This document shows, piece after piece, positions 1-11,394 of a stretch of DNA of 64,000 nt. Source of the DNA: Cyanophora paradoxa CCMP329 (taxonomy: Eukaryota > Plantae > Glaucophyta); NCBI GenBank assembly GCA_004431415.1, contig QPMI01000416.1, positions 1 through 64,000 of the forward strand, given 5' to 3'. A program made the position numbers and the translations under genes. The number at the start of each line of letters is the position of its first letter. The first letter of the stretch is position 1. Below the pieces are notes generated by a model. The model saw only the letters and a list, made by a program, of their open reading frames with translations. It was not told where the DNA came from and ran no database searches.

Positions 1-269
1 GATGCAGAGGCGAACCGAGTGCCGCAGGTGCAGGAGAAGTCAGACGTCCCGGCGCGGTCCTGCATCGGCAGCTGGAGGCAGGGGGGGCCTGGGTGAGGGG
101 GCGACGGGGAGTCGTGCAATTGCTTGGCGGAAGTTTTCCAAGAGAATCCATGGTTGGCCTTCCGAGCCCAATTCGCAGCAGAAGTCGGTGATGGAGATGG
201 TATCATGGAGGAGGGGCGGGGGGGGGGGGGGGGGGGGGGGACTGGGCGGCTGCACTAGAGGCGAGCGGG

Positions 270-1130
270 AGGGTTTGGAGTCTGCATGTTTGCGGTACCG
301 ACGTTTGGTTCTGTCATTGATGCCGTGTCGGAGCTCCCAGGCGTGGTTGCGGGCGCAGCGGTCTCTCCAGATCGCACGGAGGTGTTGGTCGAGGAGCAGC
401 GCTAGGTCTTTTTGGATTGACGATGAGGTGGTCTTGTTGATGCCCAGAGCTGTGCAGAGGGCAGGCAGTCCTGCCGGGGTACGAGGCGCAGGAGAGCGAG
501 GGCGGGGAAGGGAAGCATGTCGGCCAGGGCCGGGCTGAGTTTTTCCATAGTGTATCGGCGAGGCCGGGGGGCGGAAGAGAGCCGGATTTGCGGTGGGGAG
601 AGAAGGGCGGAATGGAGGGGAGAGGCGGGGTCAGGAGAAACGAGGCGGAGGAAGGGGAAGAGTTGAAAGATGGTATCGTCGTGTCCTAGTGGTTTGGGCG
701 AGTGGCGGAGAACCCGGGTACGGAGGAAGGTCACGAGTGCGTCCTGGAAAGCTTGGAGAAGGAGGCGAGCGGCGGGGCAAGTAAATATGTGGACGAAGTC
801 TTCGGGGGGGTGGGTTGTGGGGTCGGGCGGTCTGGGGTCTGCGGCCGCCGGTGGGGAAGAGGGCGAGGGGGAGCCCGGGGGGGTGCATGTGGCAGGGGGC
901 GGGGAGGGGGAGGGTGGGGAAGCAGCATCTTCGGGGATGGGGGCAGGGGTGGGAGGGAGGTGACAGAAGGGGCAGTGGGCGGTGCCGTCGGGGAAGAGAG
1001 GGCCGTAGAGGTCGGGGTCGTGGAGGAGGCGGATGGTGAGGGAGGGAAGGCTTCCAAGCATGCATTGGAATCTGACTTTGCGGAGGTGGTCGCCTGTGGG
1101 GGTGCGGCGGTCCGGTGGCTTGTCGGACAC
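270..1130 (-). pseudogene. C-terminal CCHC zinc finger and IWxxR motif of the LINE
   Basis: HCPFCH...DFVHIFTCP in ORF 402-1130; RAIWRDRCARNHAWELRHGI in a shifted frame at ~320-380. Confidence 0.75.
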
Positions 1131-2049
1131 TAGGGAGAGGGCTGGAGCGAGGGTAACATGGGGGTTGCTGAGGACGGCCCCCGCGTTGCGAAGCTGGCGC
1201 CAGTCGAGGTATTGGGAGAGGGAGGCTTCGGCTAGGAAGTGAGAGCGGGGGTCCCCCTCGACGCGGTACGCATGGAGTCTGCCTCGGTAGGGCTCGGCCC
1301 CGGGGACTGGGCCGTGGGATAGTGGGGGCGGGAGGCCAACACGGATGAGGAAGCATTTGAAACTGTGGGGAATGAAAAGAAGGGCGGAGAGGGGGGCGTC
1401 GGGGGCTGTTTTAGCAAGCTTGTCAACGGCGTCATTGTGGCGGTTGTCAGGGGTGTAGGCTGGGTTCGGGATACGATTCTTAGCCGGGTGCGGGCCGCCT
1501 CTTTCTGTGCGGCTGTTTTGGATGTTTTGGCGGACCGTGGTTGCGGCAGGGTGGCTTCACGGTGAGCGGCTTCAGTTAGGATGGACGCCGCTTCGAGTGG
1601 GGTAACGTGGGACGGCCGGAAGAGACGGCGCTGTGGCGGAGGCTTCGTTGCGAGCCAGGTCGGCGAGCTGAGAGGCGAGTTCTTGGGCGTAGCGGGCGCC
1701 GGGAGGGAGGGGGTGGCGGGCCCTTCGGGGCGGGGCGGGGGAGACTCAAGCACAGTTGGGGAGCGCGGGAGGGCTGGATGGTTGGGGAGGATGGTGGGGA
1801 GTCGAGGGTAGGGAGGGTGCCGCCGGTGGAGACTGGGGGCGGCGCGGCGGATGGGTACGCCCGGGGAAGGTCGGCGGGGGCCGGAGGGCCGGGAGGGTTG
1901 GGCTGCAGCATAGGGGGTCAAGGGTGACGGACCCGTAGCAGAGGCTGAGGGCAATATATTCACGGTATCTGCGGAGCGCTGCAGCGTCGGCCTGAATGTA
2001 GGCTGGGGGCGGGGCAGGTCCGACGGGGTAAGTGCTGAGGAGCGACTGA

Positions 2050-2760
2050 GTAGGTCAGCTGTGAGGAGGAGGAGTGGACCGCAGGCCGTGCTGTTTGGGG
2101 GCTGGAGAACGGAAGGGATGTCTCCGGGCGTAGATAGGTCCATCTGCAGAAGGGAGTGGGGGGAGGGGATCCAGAGTCGCGCTGACTCCAAGTGGCCGCC
2201 AAGTCTTGTGCAAAGGAGACAAGGTGATCAGGGACGTCGAGGGAGCCATTGTAGAAGTAGAATGAGCGCGTCTGTGGAAATAGAGCAAGTAGGTGCCAGT
2301 GTCCCGGAGGTCTGCTGGAGGAAGGGGTCAGCGAGGGGGCTGGTGGGTCTGTTGAATTGGGCAATAGGTGAGGATGGGGACGAGAACGAGGCGGGCATCG
2401 AGGAGTCGTCCGTGGGGGATGTATCGTGTAGGGGAGGAGGGCAGAACCCCGAGAGTCGAAGTGGGAGGCTGCTCTAGCAGGGTAGGAGCTGGACGATAGG
2501 AAGTGAGCAGGGTGGGGTGAGGCCAGGGCGGCTTCCGGGAAGAGAGCAGGTCAAAAAGCTTCCACGAGGGGGAGCTGAGGGGGGCATTCGGACGAGGTGT
2601 ATAAGGTCGCCTCGTCGAATGAGTGAGTAACAGTGAGGGTCGGCTCGGGGGCGGGTGGGAGGGGGCTTCGACGCGAGGGTTTGCTCCGCGCAATAATCAT
2701 TGTCTGCGAAGCGGAAGGCATTCCCCAGCCAGCTTTTCTCCGCCAGCGTCAGCGGGCGAG
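2050..2760 (-). pseudogene. Ulp1/C48-like cysteine protease domain 2, catalytic His/Gln/Cys present (frameshifted)
   Basis: IRRGDLIHL, LVLVPIL, GHWHLLALFP..FYFYNGSL (His 2299-2301) and LQPPNSTACGPLLL (Cys 2081-2083), spread across frames. Confidence 0.7.
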
Positions 2761-3189
2761 GGAGGGGGAATTCAGTCGGGTGGACGGGGTTCGGCCTGGG
2801 AGGCATGCGCAACGGGGTGGGCGCGGCGACGGAGGCGTGGGATTGAGGAGTGGGCGTGGGAGGGGGTGGAGGATGCGGGGAGGGGGGAGGGAGTTGGGGG
2901 ATCGGGGGGTGTAAGGGGCAAGGGGGAAGGGGGACGGAAGGGAGGGGGGTGGGTCTCGTTTGCGTCGGACCCGGCGGCGGCTTTTGCTGCCGTGTGCTGG
3001 GAGGGGCGGGAGCTGGTGCGTGGGGTCGTCGCTGCCGTTTTGTTGTGAAAGCCGGGGCGTTGGCCTGGATTGTCCCAGAGGACTCAGGTCCGGAGGAGGA
3101 GAGCGGCCGCCCAGCGTTCCCGGTAGATGGGGGCGTGGAAGGGATGGGGCGGCCCCGTCCTTTGCCGTACAGGTGGACTTCCTCGCCGC

Positions 3190-3500
3190 GCCAATGAACT
3201 CAGCGGCGGTCATGACGAAGAGAGCGTCTTCACCCGTCGTGGACGTGTTCCAAGCTTGCGTGGGGAAGGTGCTGGTGTCGTATTTCCAGGCCGAGCGTGG
3301 AGAGGGTCGCCAGGCGGAGGTCGCCGTCCACCATTTGAGGACCCAGTCTTTAAGAAGGACCGTGACGTCGGAGGCGGGTTTGCGGGTGACGTCCAGGATG
3401 CGGATTTCGCGGAGGCGGGCTGAGATGATTGCTAGTCGCCAGGGTCGGGACCCAGAGGGTGGTAGGGGAAGGAGAATATAGTCGTACTCCGTTGGGGAGA
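3190..3500 (-). pseudogene. Ulp1/C48-like protease domain 1, catalytic residues apparently lost
   Basis: YDYILLPL..PWRLAII..IRILDV..PTQAWN..GEDALFVMTAAEF matches the C48 skeleton (ILxPx..HWxLxxI..IxxxDS..QxNxxDCGxFV), but His and Cys are absent. Confidence 0.55.
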
Positions 3501-4879
3501 AGGGGTGCGGGACGTAGGATCGGTCCGTTAGCGGCCGGCCTGCGCGGGTCTTGAGCGAGAGGGTGGAAGGGGCTGTGCCCATGAGGATTGAGGTTGCGTG
3601 GGAGGACGAAAGAAAGAGGCACTTGGGGGTGGTGGGGGCGTGCAGCCGGAAGGAGACTTGCCGGTTCTGAAGAAGTCTGAAGAAAGCGTCAATGGGTTCT
3701 GCAGGTATGGGTTGTTCGAGGAGAAGGGGTGTGGCCAGGTGGGCCCAGACGGGGGTTGGGGTCGATGAGGGAGAGAGGAGCCGCTCTAAGGGCGGCCAGG
3801 CGAGATTTTATGCCATCGAGGAGGGGAAGTACTCGGCGGTCATACGGGGGCGTCAGGATCGATGGCAGCCGAGTAGGGAATGGCTCGGCGGCCATATCGT
3901 TCGAACAGTATGGGGAGGGCGCCGGTTTGGTCGCGGAGTGGGAAAGTGGTGGGGCCGGGCGGGCGGGGGTGGGGTGGCAGTGCGGCAGGATAGGGCAGGT
4001 CCCCGTGCCCATTGTTCTGCGATCAGGGAGGAAATGGGGAGTCCCCACATGCCAGGATCACAGCGGTGGTACGCGATCGGAGGGGCACCAGCCTCAGCTT
4101 GGGGGGTGGGGGCAAGCGTGAGATCTTCGTCCCAATACCAGGCGGGGAGAGGCGTGTCGCGGTCGGCGGGGACAGCCGGTTTGCAGAGGGAAGTGTGATA
4201 GAAAGTCCAGCTGGGGCGGGGCCCGAGGGTGGCGAGGTGGTGGTCGAGGGCGAGCTTCCTTGTAGGCCCGGGTCGGGATATTCGGCGTCGGGGGGTCCTC
4301 GGGAGTGGTTGAAGGAAGATTGGGTTGGGAGGGGAGTAACATTGGAAGGAGATGTTGCGAGTGATGTTTTTGCGTCCGAAGGCTTCTAGGAAGGCTGAGT
4401 AGGCGCGGAGGATGTCGCAGTCCGAAGTGATGGTGAGATGTTCGTCGGAGGGAGGAGAGCGTGGTTTTTGGGGATGCGGATGCAGCGGTTCCAGATGAGA
4501 GTTTCCTCCGCTACGAATGCTCGTTCGAGTCTAGCCGACGCGAGGGGGACGAGGTCTGGGATCAGGTGGATGTTGGTAGTATCAGAGGCGTCGACATATT
4601 CGGCTAGGTCCGCCTGGCAGCGGAGGAAGTTGTAGTCGGCCGGGCTATCTGCTAGAATATATGTGCGAAGATGCCGGCGAGGCGGAAAGAGGGACGAGAA
4701 TAGCGACGGGGGGAGGGGCGGGGAGGAGTCGTCCGAAAAAAGGAGTCGAGCGTCGGGGATGTCCATTCCACCAATATAATGATAAGGGGCCGAGCAGGGA
4801 ACGTCTGCGGGGCAGTAGGTGGGGGGCAGCTGGTCCGCTGAGGGGACGCGGGGTCGGCGGGGGAGGAGGGGACCGGGCG

Positions 4880-5360
4880 TCGGGTTGCCTGTGGGGTTGT
4901 AGCCGTTGCGGTTGGCCGCGGAATGGTCTTTGGTTGGTGAGAGGGGACCATTGGAGCGTGATTTGAAAGTTTGGGTCTTGAGCGATACGAATGGCGTATT
5001 GCGTGCGAGCGTTGAGGAGAAGGGCCCCGTCTTCTCGGCGGAGCAGGGTGCGGAAGTTGATAGGGTGGAGAAAGAGGAGGGGTCTCGGAAGGCGAAGGCT
5101 GTCAGGGCCCGGATAGTGTTTTGGCTGTCCGTGATAATTTTCCCACCCGTGGGCCCGAAGTACGTGAATGCTGCGGAGATCGCGCCTGCTAGCTCTCCAG
5201 GTTCACGTTGTGTTGGACACCGGGGAGGCGGTGGGCGAACTCGATGTGGTTAGGTAAGTCGGGATTATTTTCGAGGGGTGCAAGGCCGGCGTAGGTGGTT
5301 CGGACTGATGCGGAGCCCTGTTTTTGTGTGCTGGCGTCCGTGTATATGACCCGGGGAGTA
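4880..5360 (-). pseudogene. RNase H domain of the LINE (frameshifted)
   Basis: VIYTDAS, then after a shift NL-GELAGAISAA, KIITDSQNTI and (W)VPSH. This matches the RNase HI D-E-D / W-V-x-x-H pattern. Confidence 0.8.
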
Positions 5361-6299
5361 GGGTCGGGGGGAGGAGGTGGGGAGTTTAGGGCACGGAGCG
5401 TGGGGCAGAGCTCAGCGAAGAGGGCTCGGGAGGTGGCGAAGAGGAAGTCGAGCCCGGCCGAGGAATCATAGAATTCGCGGTCGGCTTGTGAGGGAGGGGT
5501 CCTCGGGCGTGGGCGTCGCTCGAGGGCGACATTGGTGGCCTGGGCTTCCGCGCGGAAGGAGTCCCACCAGTCAGTTTCCCGAAGCCAGAGGTCGATGAAA
5601 CCAATATGTGTGATTTCGCGGGGGAGGTTGGGAGGGGGGAGTTCGGGGTCATATTGGGCGGAGGGGGTTTCTGAGGAGGGGTCGAGGCGGGCTTTTTTAG
5701 CTGCTCTTGTGGGTTGAGCGCGGGTGGGCTGTTGTCCTCTGAAGCGGGAGCATGGGAAGGCGGGGGCGGAGTCGGGCAGCTGCCGGGAGCGGGTGGGAGC
5801 CGGCCTATTTAGGTTGGAGAGGCTCGGAGACCAGCCCTTCGATTCGCACGAGGAGCCCGCTGGAATTCGGCGAACGTGGGATGCGTACTCGACCAGCGGC
5901 AGGCCGTTGTGGAGAGGCCCAGCTCGCGATGGAGCTGTTCGGAGCCGCAAAATTTTGGGTGGGGGCAGAATTGGAATTCGAGTCTGCGTTCACGCCAGGC
6001 AGGGTCGAGTTCAAGAGCCGATAGGCCGGGTCGCGTGTGGAAAGTCCATCGTATGGGGTGAGGCAGTAATGGACGAGTTCCACCCCATAATTATACTCTG
6101 AGTCTCGGGGCAGTTAGGGTCCGCGTCGGGGTCCTCGGGAGCCAGTTCGTCCGGGTTGTCGTCCGGGAGAGGGGGTTTCCCGACGACGCGACCAACTAGG
6201 CCTTGGGACGTCCAGACAAAGTCACCGATTTTGAGTCCCGCAAGGACGGCGTCGGCTTGGAGAGAGCGACGGATGTCTGGGATAGAGGGCGGCGGGGGC

Positions 6300-7183
6300 A
6301 TGGGGTATCGGGGGAGGAAGGGGGACTGGATGGAAGGGCGGGGAAGAGAGAGTTCTTCGCGGACCGCGTCCCACCAGGAGGGGGCATGTTTGTAGTATGC
6401 CGGGACACGACCATGACTCCAGAGGAGGGACCAATCAGCTAGTGAGCCTCGGAGGACGTAATGTCACGGATGGTGAGGAGGCCGCAGCGATAGAGGCGCT
6501 GGCCGGCTTGTTGGAGGGTGAGGGGCGTCAATTGTGATGATATAATGTATTCTCGTCGAAGGTGGGACCGTCGGGAGGGGAGGCCGTGCGTCCAGGAATC
6601 GCATGTTGTGAGGATGTGGTGGGAGGTGGAAGTCAAGTCTGCCGTGATGGCGAGCGTAATATTTTTCTGTAGTGTAAGGGGCCCCGAAGGAAGTTCGGTA
6701 TTCATGTGGGAGGAGGGAGCCGTACCGGGCCTGGGTGTCGAGGACGCGTTGTCGGTATATTTGGCCGTAGAGTGATGATGTGTGGGAGGCGAGTTCCTGG
6801 CGGAGGCGCTCGTCGACGCACTGCTGTTGGCGTTGGATGACTGCTATTGAGGGAAGGCGATAGATGGAGGAGAATGCAGCCGTGGAGACGGACTGGGCCA
6901 GGTTGGCAGTGTGTTTGGCCGCGGTGAGCCAAACAGCGTCGAGGGACTGGCATTGGGATGGCGTTAGGGTCATGATGCGGAGGGGGTATGACAGTTTAGG
7001 GAAGAGGACCCGGTGTAATATCACTTGGAATTCGTGAACGGTAATCTTTTTCGTGGCTAGGATCGAGATTGCAGATTGGAGCTGGGATTTGAGTAGGCGG
7101 ACTTGGTGGGTCCAAGACAGGTTCGCAGTAAACTGGACGCCGAGGACGCGGAAGGGCGTTGTGGGGAGAGGATGTGGCCAACC
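6300..7183 (-). pseudogene. RT thumb/downstream region of the LINE polyprotein
   Basis: Same frame as the RT ORF after a single TGA at 7184-7186: GWPHPLPTTPFRVLGVQFTANLSW...ILHRVLFPKLSYPL. A frameshift then leads into LYRCGLLTIRDITS. Confidence 0.8.
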
Positions 7184-10100
7184 TCAGCTCTGAATCGCCA
7201 ACTCCGACATAGTATTTGCTCTTGACCGGCTCTTCGGATCGGGGGGTTTCCAGTGAAAGATTTCCGTCTTTTTGGCGTTCAAGTTCATGCCATGGATATG
7301 TAGAAATTCGGACAGCCAGTCAAGCATATGTTGGAGGCCCTGAGCCGAGCTGGCAAGCATGGTGGTATCGTCGGCGTATGCAAGCACAGAGACTTTGGGG
7401 CAGGGACCGGCGGGGAAGTAGAGGGGTTCGCCAGGGCATGGTGGGCGGGGGGAACGGGGGCGGGTCGGATCAGATCGGTGCGGCCCAAGCTGGTAGCCGA
7501 AATTGGACTGAGTCGCTCGTTCTTCAATGGCGGTGAGAGCGGCGTCGAAGAAAATGCGCCAGTGGAGGGGGGCTTCGATGCCACCTTGGGGGAGGCCACA
7601 GGGGACTTGAAAATATTCAGTGCGGCCGTGGGGGGTAAGGATGCACGCCGTGCGGTGTTGAGCTGCTTTTTTGTGGAGGGCTATATATCGTTTCCCTTCA
7701 GGATGGAGGTGGAGTTGGATACGGTTAAGGCTGAGCTCTTGGCTATGCCAGGAGACACTGTCGTAGGCGCTGGCGATATCCCCCAGGCCGCCAAAGATTG
7801 GCTTTTTGAACTGGTGCGCGTCCTCGAGGGAGGATCGGAGGGCGTAGAGGACAGGGTCGGTAGATTCGCGGCGACAGAAACCATAATTACGGCCGCGTAA
7901 AATGTTATGTGTATCAATGCGGTCTTCCATGCGGTGGGTCAGGAGGCCCGTGACCAGCTTCCAGGTGACTTCTTGAAGGGTGATGGGGCGGAGATCGGCG
8001 AGATCTGCTGAATTATCTCGTTTCGGGATAGCGTAGACTTGGCCGCGAAGTGCGTGGTCGGGCACGTGGCCGAGAAGAGTGGATTGAACTAGAGCTCGGA
8101 TGGCGTCGCGCGAGGTGGTCCAGTGGGCCGCGGACTCGAAGCTGTTTATCTCGTCTGTAGAGTGTGAGGCGGTTAGGGTCTGGCGTTCCGTCTTGGAGAG
8201 GCGGAGGGGGGACCAGAGCATTTTAAGCATTCCGTTCGTGAGGCCGGAGGGGCCGCCAGCGCCATTGGACAGGGACGAGATGAGGCGATCGAGTTCGGGG
8301 TCCTCTGGCATGGCCATTAGCCCGTCCCAGACGGCGGGGGCGAAGTGGGAAAGGGGTCGGTACTGGCGTTTCCAAAATCTGCCCAACCAGGCGCCGTTTT
8401 CAATGACCTCGAATTTCGTAGCTATGGCATCCAGGTTTGGGGCGGCCTTGCGGAGTCGCCAGAAATTTTTGAAGTGATCCAGATGTGCGCGTTTAATTTC
8501 AGTGGGATCAGTGAGCACTTCGGGGAGTCCCGCTGCCGTGCGGGTAAGATACAGGCGAGGGGCGGATCGGAAGCGGGAGAGAAGGAGTTGAATAGCCCGA
8601 CCCATGCTTCGACAGTGGGACAGGAGGTGGCGGCGGGTGTCAATATTGCGAGCGATGTCGGCTTCAGTGTATGCGCGGCGATGGTTGTCCAGGGCGGCCC
8701 GCGCCTGTAAATGCCACATGCTGAGTTGAGCATGGTACTCGGCGATTTCAGATCCTGTAATGATACCCTTCTCGAACTCAGGGTAATTAGGAGGGTCGGG
8801 GAAAGCGAGGAGGGAGGGGCAAAATGCCAGCGTGGTGTCCGAGCCCGCGGATTTTCGGATGTCTGTCACGTCTTTGGGAAGGTCCCGGAAAACAGCCCGA
8901 ATAGTTTCGTCAGGCGGGTGGTCTGTGGAACCTTGGCGGGACCAGTCGTTTAGGGCCTGTCCGACGCGGCCAACAAGTTGTTCGTCGTCAGCGTCCAGCG
9001 CAGACAAGTGGTTGAATTTAGCCATATCGCCCTGGGCGGCTACTCGGTGTTGGAGGACTTTTGCAGTAGAGAATTCTTTAGCGTGAGCGACGGACTTGAT
9101 ACTCTGGGCGATTGCGCAGAGGAGGGAGCGGTGGGATTTCGTGGCGCGGCGGGCATAGTCGGGGCTGTTTTCGGGAGTGAGAAGGAGCTGGATATACCGC
9201 TGACCGTGTTTATTGAGAAAGGCTTCGGCAGCGAGCTTGAAAGCAAGCCGGATTGGTGCAGGCTGGGCGGCATAGTTGAAGAGAGGGGGGAGAGGCTGGG
9301 GTCGGGGCTGGCGGGGGGCGGTCGGGGGGGCAGAGAGCACTCCTTCGGTTGTGAAAGTCGCCAATACTGGGAAGTGATCGGCTGAGAGCAGGGGGGAGGG
9401 TCGTCCAGGGACAGCCAGTGTACGAGTGCCCAGCGATCGGGCCGCTAGGGTGGGAGAGGCGAGGGCATAGTCGAGGCGGGCGGCGTTCAGGAGAGGGCGG
9501 TGGCCTTGCTCGTCGATGAAGTCTGCGTGGTGTGAGATGTGCGTGAAATCGCCGGGGGTACCGGTGTCGATGAGGCCCCAGGTCGCTCGGAGGAGGGTCC
9601 AGATTTCCGCGTAGGAGTTCGGGGGTGTAGTTTCGGTGCGCCGGTTGCCCCCGGTGATCCGGTCGTTGCACGGAGAGTGTGTGCTATTCATATCGCCGAG
9701 TACCAGGAGATGTGTCTGCCAGTCAGGCTCGTGGAGGTCAGGTGCGACCTTCGCGGTCAGGTATTCGGTGAGGTCGTGGAGCTCTTTTTGCAAATTGTCG
9801 TGCCCGCAGTCCGGTATATAGAGTGAGAGGACAATGAGGCGCTCGCGCGTGCGCGGGAAGTCAAACCGAGCGCCGGCTACCCGGCCGTCAAACGCGTAAT
9901 CCGCCTGGCGGTGCGCTGCATAGCTTGCTGAGATCCACAGCGCGGAGCCGGCGGTGCCAGGACGGGCCGCGGAGGGAGGGGAGTAGACAAGGTAGCTAGA
10001 TTTATGGCGGCGAACTGCCGTCTTAATCAGGTGATCGCGGATATTGGGCGGAAAGGGCTTCGAGGGGGGGCGGTCAACGGGGACCATGTCGACCTCTTGA

Positions 10101-11155
10101 AGAGCAACGAAGTGACAGTCCCAATCACGGCGGCCATAGTCGATTGCGCTGATAAATTTAGTTGCAACATTGTTGCCGCTCGTCTTCCCCTCCAAGCGGC
10201 GAATATTCCACGTGAGGGCGCGGAGGTTCAGCTTCGCATTAGCCGCGTCCGGGGGATGTGCTAGGACGGGGATCTGGAGCACATCACGATGGCGGCGAGC
10301 GTCAATACGGTCAGCGGTGTAGAGGGAGGGAGGGTATAGCGTTAGAAGGGACGAGGCCGCCGTGACTAGTGTCGGGGAGGAGAGGGCAGCGGCGGCGGTA
10401 GCGACTGCAGCGGCCGTAGCTGTGCTGGGCTCAATGTCCGCAAGAGCGACAGGGACAAGGGCAGCGAGGAGAGCACAAAGGAGGAGGCGCGCGGGGAGAG
10501 GGGCCGGGCGGCTGAAGGTCCGTTGGACTTGTGGGGCGCGGCGCGCAGGCCAGCCCAGGAGTTCGAGACCGGCGTCATGCGGCGCAGCGTCCGTGGCGCC
10601 GGCGTCAGCGGGGCCAGCGCTGGCGTGCACGTAGGCACTGGCGCGGATGCTAACTGCGAGGTACGCGGCCGTGCGCGTGGCTGGTACGCGTCCGGATCCG
10701 TACACGGGGCTCGTACGACAGCTCTCGGCGTCATGCAGCGCGGCGTCCGCGGCCGAGCTCGAGGCGCCGGCGTTGGCGGAGCTAGCACTAGCGTGGGCGC
10801 CGGAGCTAGCTGCGAAACCTGCAGTGGTAGTATCGGTGCTATAGCTAGGCGCCGGCACGCGACCGTACGCAGGGTTGGTGGTACTTGCTATAGTGCAGCT
10901 AGTAAAGCGCCAATCGCGGATTGCGGAGGTATTGGGCCGCTTCGAATCATTGCCCGACTCACCGGTCGCATGAATAGAAAAAACTGTTCGCGTTGGAGTT
11001 TTTTGACGGCACGCGGCGGGGGTACCGGTAGGCGCAGTTTCGTCCGGGGCCCTGAGACGTTCCGAACGGAAGGGGAGGCTCCACCGGCCACTGCAGTAGG
11101 CGGCGGCGCTGATGTGGCTTCCGTGCTCCAGTCCAGCGATCATGTTCTGGAGCAT
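7184..11155 (-). CDS. APE endonuclease + reverse transcriptase (N-terminal part of the LINE polyprotein)
   Basis: APE: TWNIRRL, ALQEVD, SLYIP, LGDMNS, RLDYAL, SADHFPV. RT: IPKR..DLRPITLQ, NYGFC, GDIASAYDSV, GLPQGG, LAYADD. First in-frame ATG is at 11155 (the ORF-track start at 11614 is GTG inside the repeat array). Confidence 0.93.
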   Translation of the reverse strand: MLQNMIAGLEHGSHISAAAYCSGRWSLPFRSERLRAPDETAPTGTPAACRQKTPTRTVFSIHATGESGNDSKRPNTSAIRDWRFTSCTIASTTNPAYGRVPAPSYSTDTTTAGFAASSGAHASASSANAGASSSAADAALHDAESCRTSPVYGSGRVPATRTAAYLAVSIRASAYVHASAGPADAGATDAAPHDAGLELLGWPARRAPQVQRTFSRPAPLPARLLLCALLAALVPVALADIEPSTATAAAVATAAAALSSPTLVTAASSLLTLYPPSLYTADRIDARRHRDVLQIPVLAHPPDAANAKLNLRALTWNIRRLEGKTSGNNVATKFISAIDYGRRDWDCHFVALQEVDMVPVDRPPSKPFPPNIRDHLIKTAVRRHKSSYLVYSPPSAARPGTAGSALWISASYAAHRQADYAFDGRVAGARFDFPRTRERLIVLSLYIPDCGHDNLQKELHDLTEYLTAKVAPDLHEPDWQTHLLVLGDMNSTHSPCNDRITGGNRRTETTPPNSYAEIWTLLRATWGLIDTGTPGDFTHISHHADFIDEQGHRPLLNAARLDYALASPTLAARSLGTRTLAVPGRPSPLLSADHFPVLATFTTEGVLSAPPTAPRQPRPQPLPPLFNYAAQPAPIRLAFKLAAEAFLNKHGQRYIQLLLTPENSPDYARRATKSHRSLLCAIAQSIKSVAHAKEFSTAKVLQHRVAAQGDMAKFNHLSALDADDEQLVGRVGQALNDWSRQGSTDHPPDETIRAVFRDLPKDVTDIRKSAGSDTTLAFCPSLLAFPDPPNYPEFEKGIITGSEIAEYHAQLSMWHLQARAALDNHRRAYTEADIARNIDTRRHLLSHCRSMGRAIQLLLSRFRSAPRLYLTRTAAGLPEVLTDPTEIKRAHLDHFKNFWRLRKAAPNLDAIATKFEVIENGAWLGRFWKRQYRPLSHFAPAVWDGLMAMPEDPELDRLISSLSNGAGGPSGLTNGMLKMLWSPLRLSKTERQTLTASHSTDEINSFESAAHWTTSRDAIRALVQSTLLGHVPDHALRGQVYAIPKRDNSADLADLRPITLQEVTWKLVTGLLTHRMEDRIDTHNILRGRNYGFCRRESTDPVLYALRSSLEDAHQFKKPIFGGLGDIASAYDSVSWHSQELSLNRIQLHLHPEGKRYIALHKKAAQHRTACILTPHGRTEYFQVPCGLPQGGIEAPLHWRIFFDAALTAIEERATQSNFGYQLGPHRSDPTRPRSPRPPCPGEPLYFPAGPCPKVSVLAYADDTTMLASSAQGLQHMLDWLSEFLHIHGMNLNAKKTEIFHWKPPDPKSRSRANTMSELAIQS

Positions 11156-11394
11156 GCCGTAGCGCGGTCTAGCGAACGTGGTCCAGGAGGTGCTCCAGAT
11201 GTAGACACGGCGACTGAGCTGCGAAAGTACTTGCGCGGCCTGCTGGATGCCGAGGCGAACAGCGCGGCGTGGAGCGGCAGCGACAGTAGCATCAGTACGG
11301 GGCCCGGGATTGACCTCTCGCTGCGGGCCTCCGGGAAACTTCTGCACATCGAGGTTTGCTCTACGGGTCGGACAGTCGGCTCGGGCACTGCGCT

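Larger units (their letters stand above)
1..11155 (-). mobile_element. Giant non-LTR retrotransposon (LINE), disrupted: APE-RT-RNase H-Ulp1-like x2-CCHC; 3' end probably beyond the window start
   Basis: Collinear minus-strand motifs for APE, RT, RT thumb, RNase H, two C48-like proteases, a CCHC finger and IWRDRC..WE. Intronless, with a strong C-rich coding-strand skew. One in-frame TGA and several frameshifts. Confidence 0.9.

Noticed and set aside
1-400. Restriction-like endonuclease (RLE) domain, which would make the LINE a Dualen-type element
   Set aside because: No PD..D/ExK motif is recognisable after the CCHC within the window; the 3' end lies outside, so this cannot be decided here.
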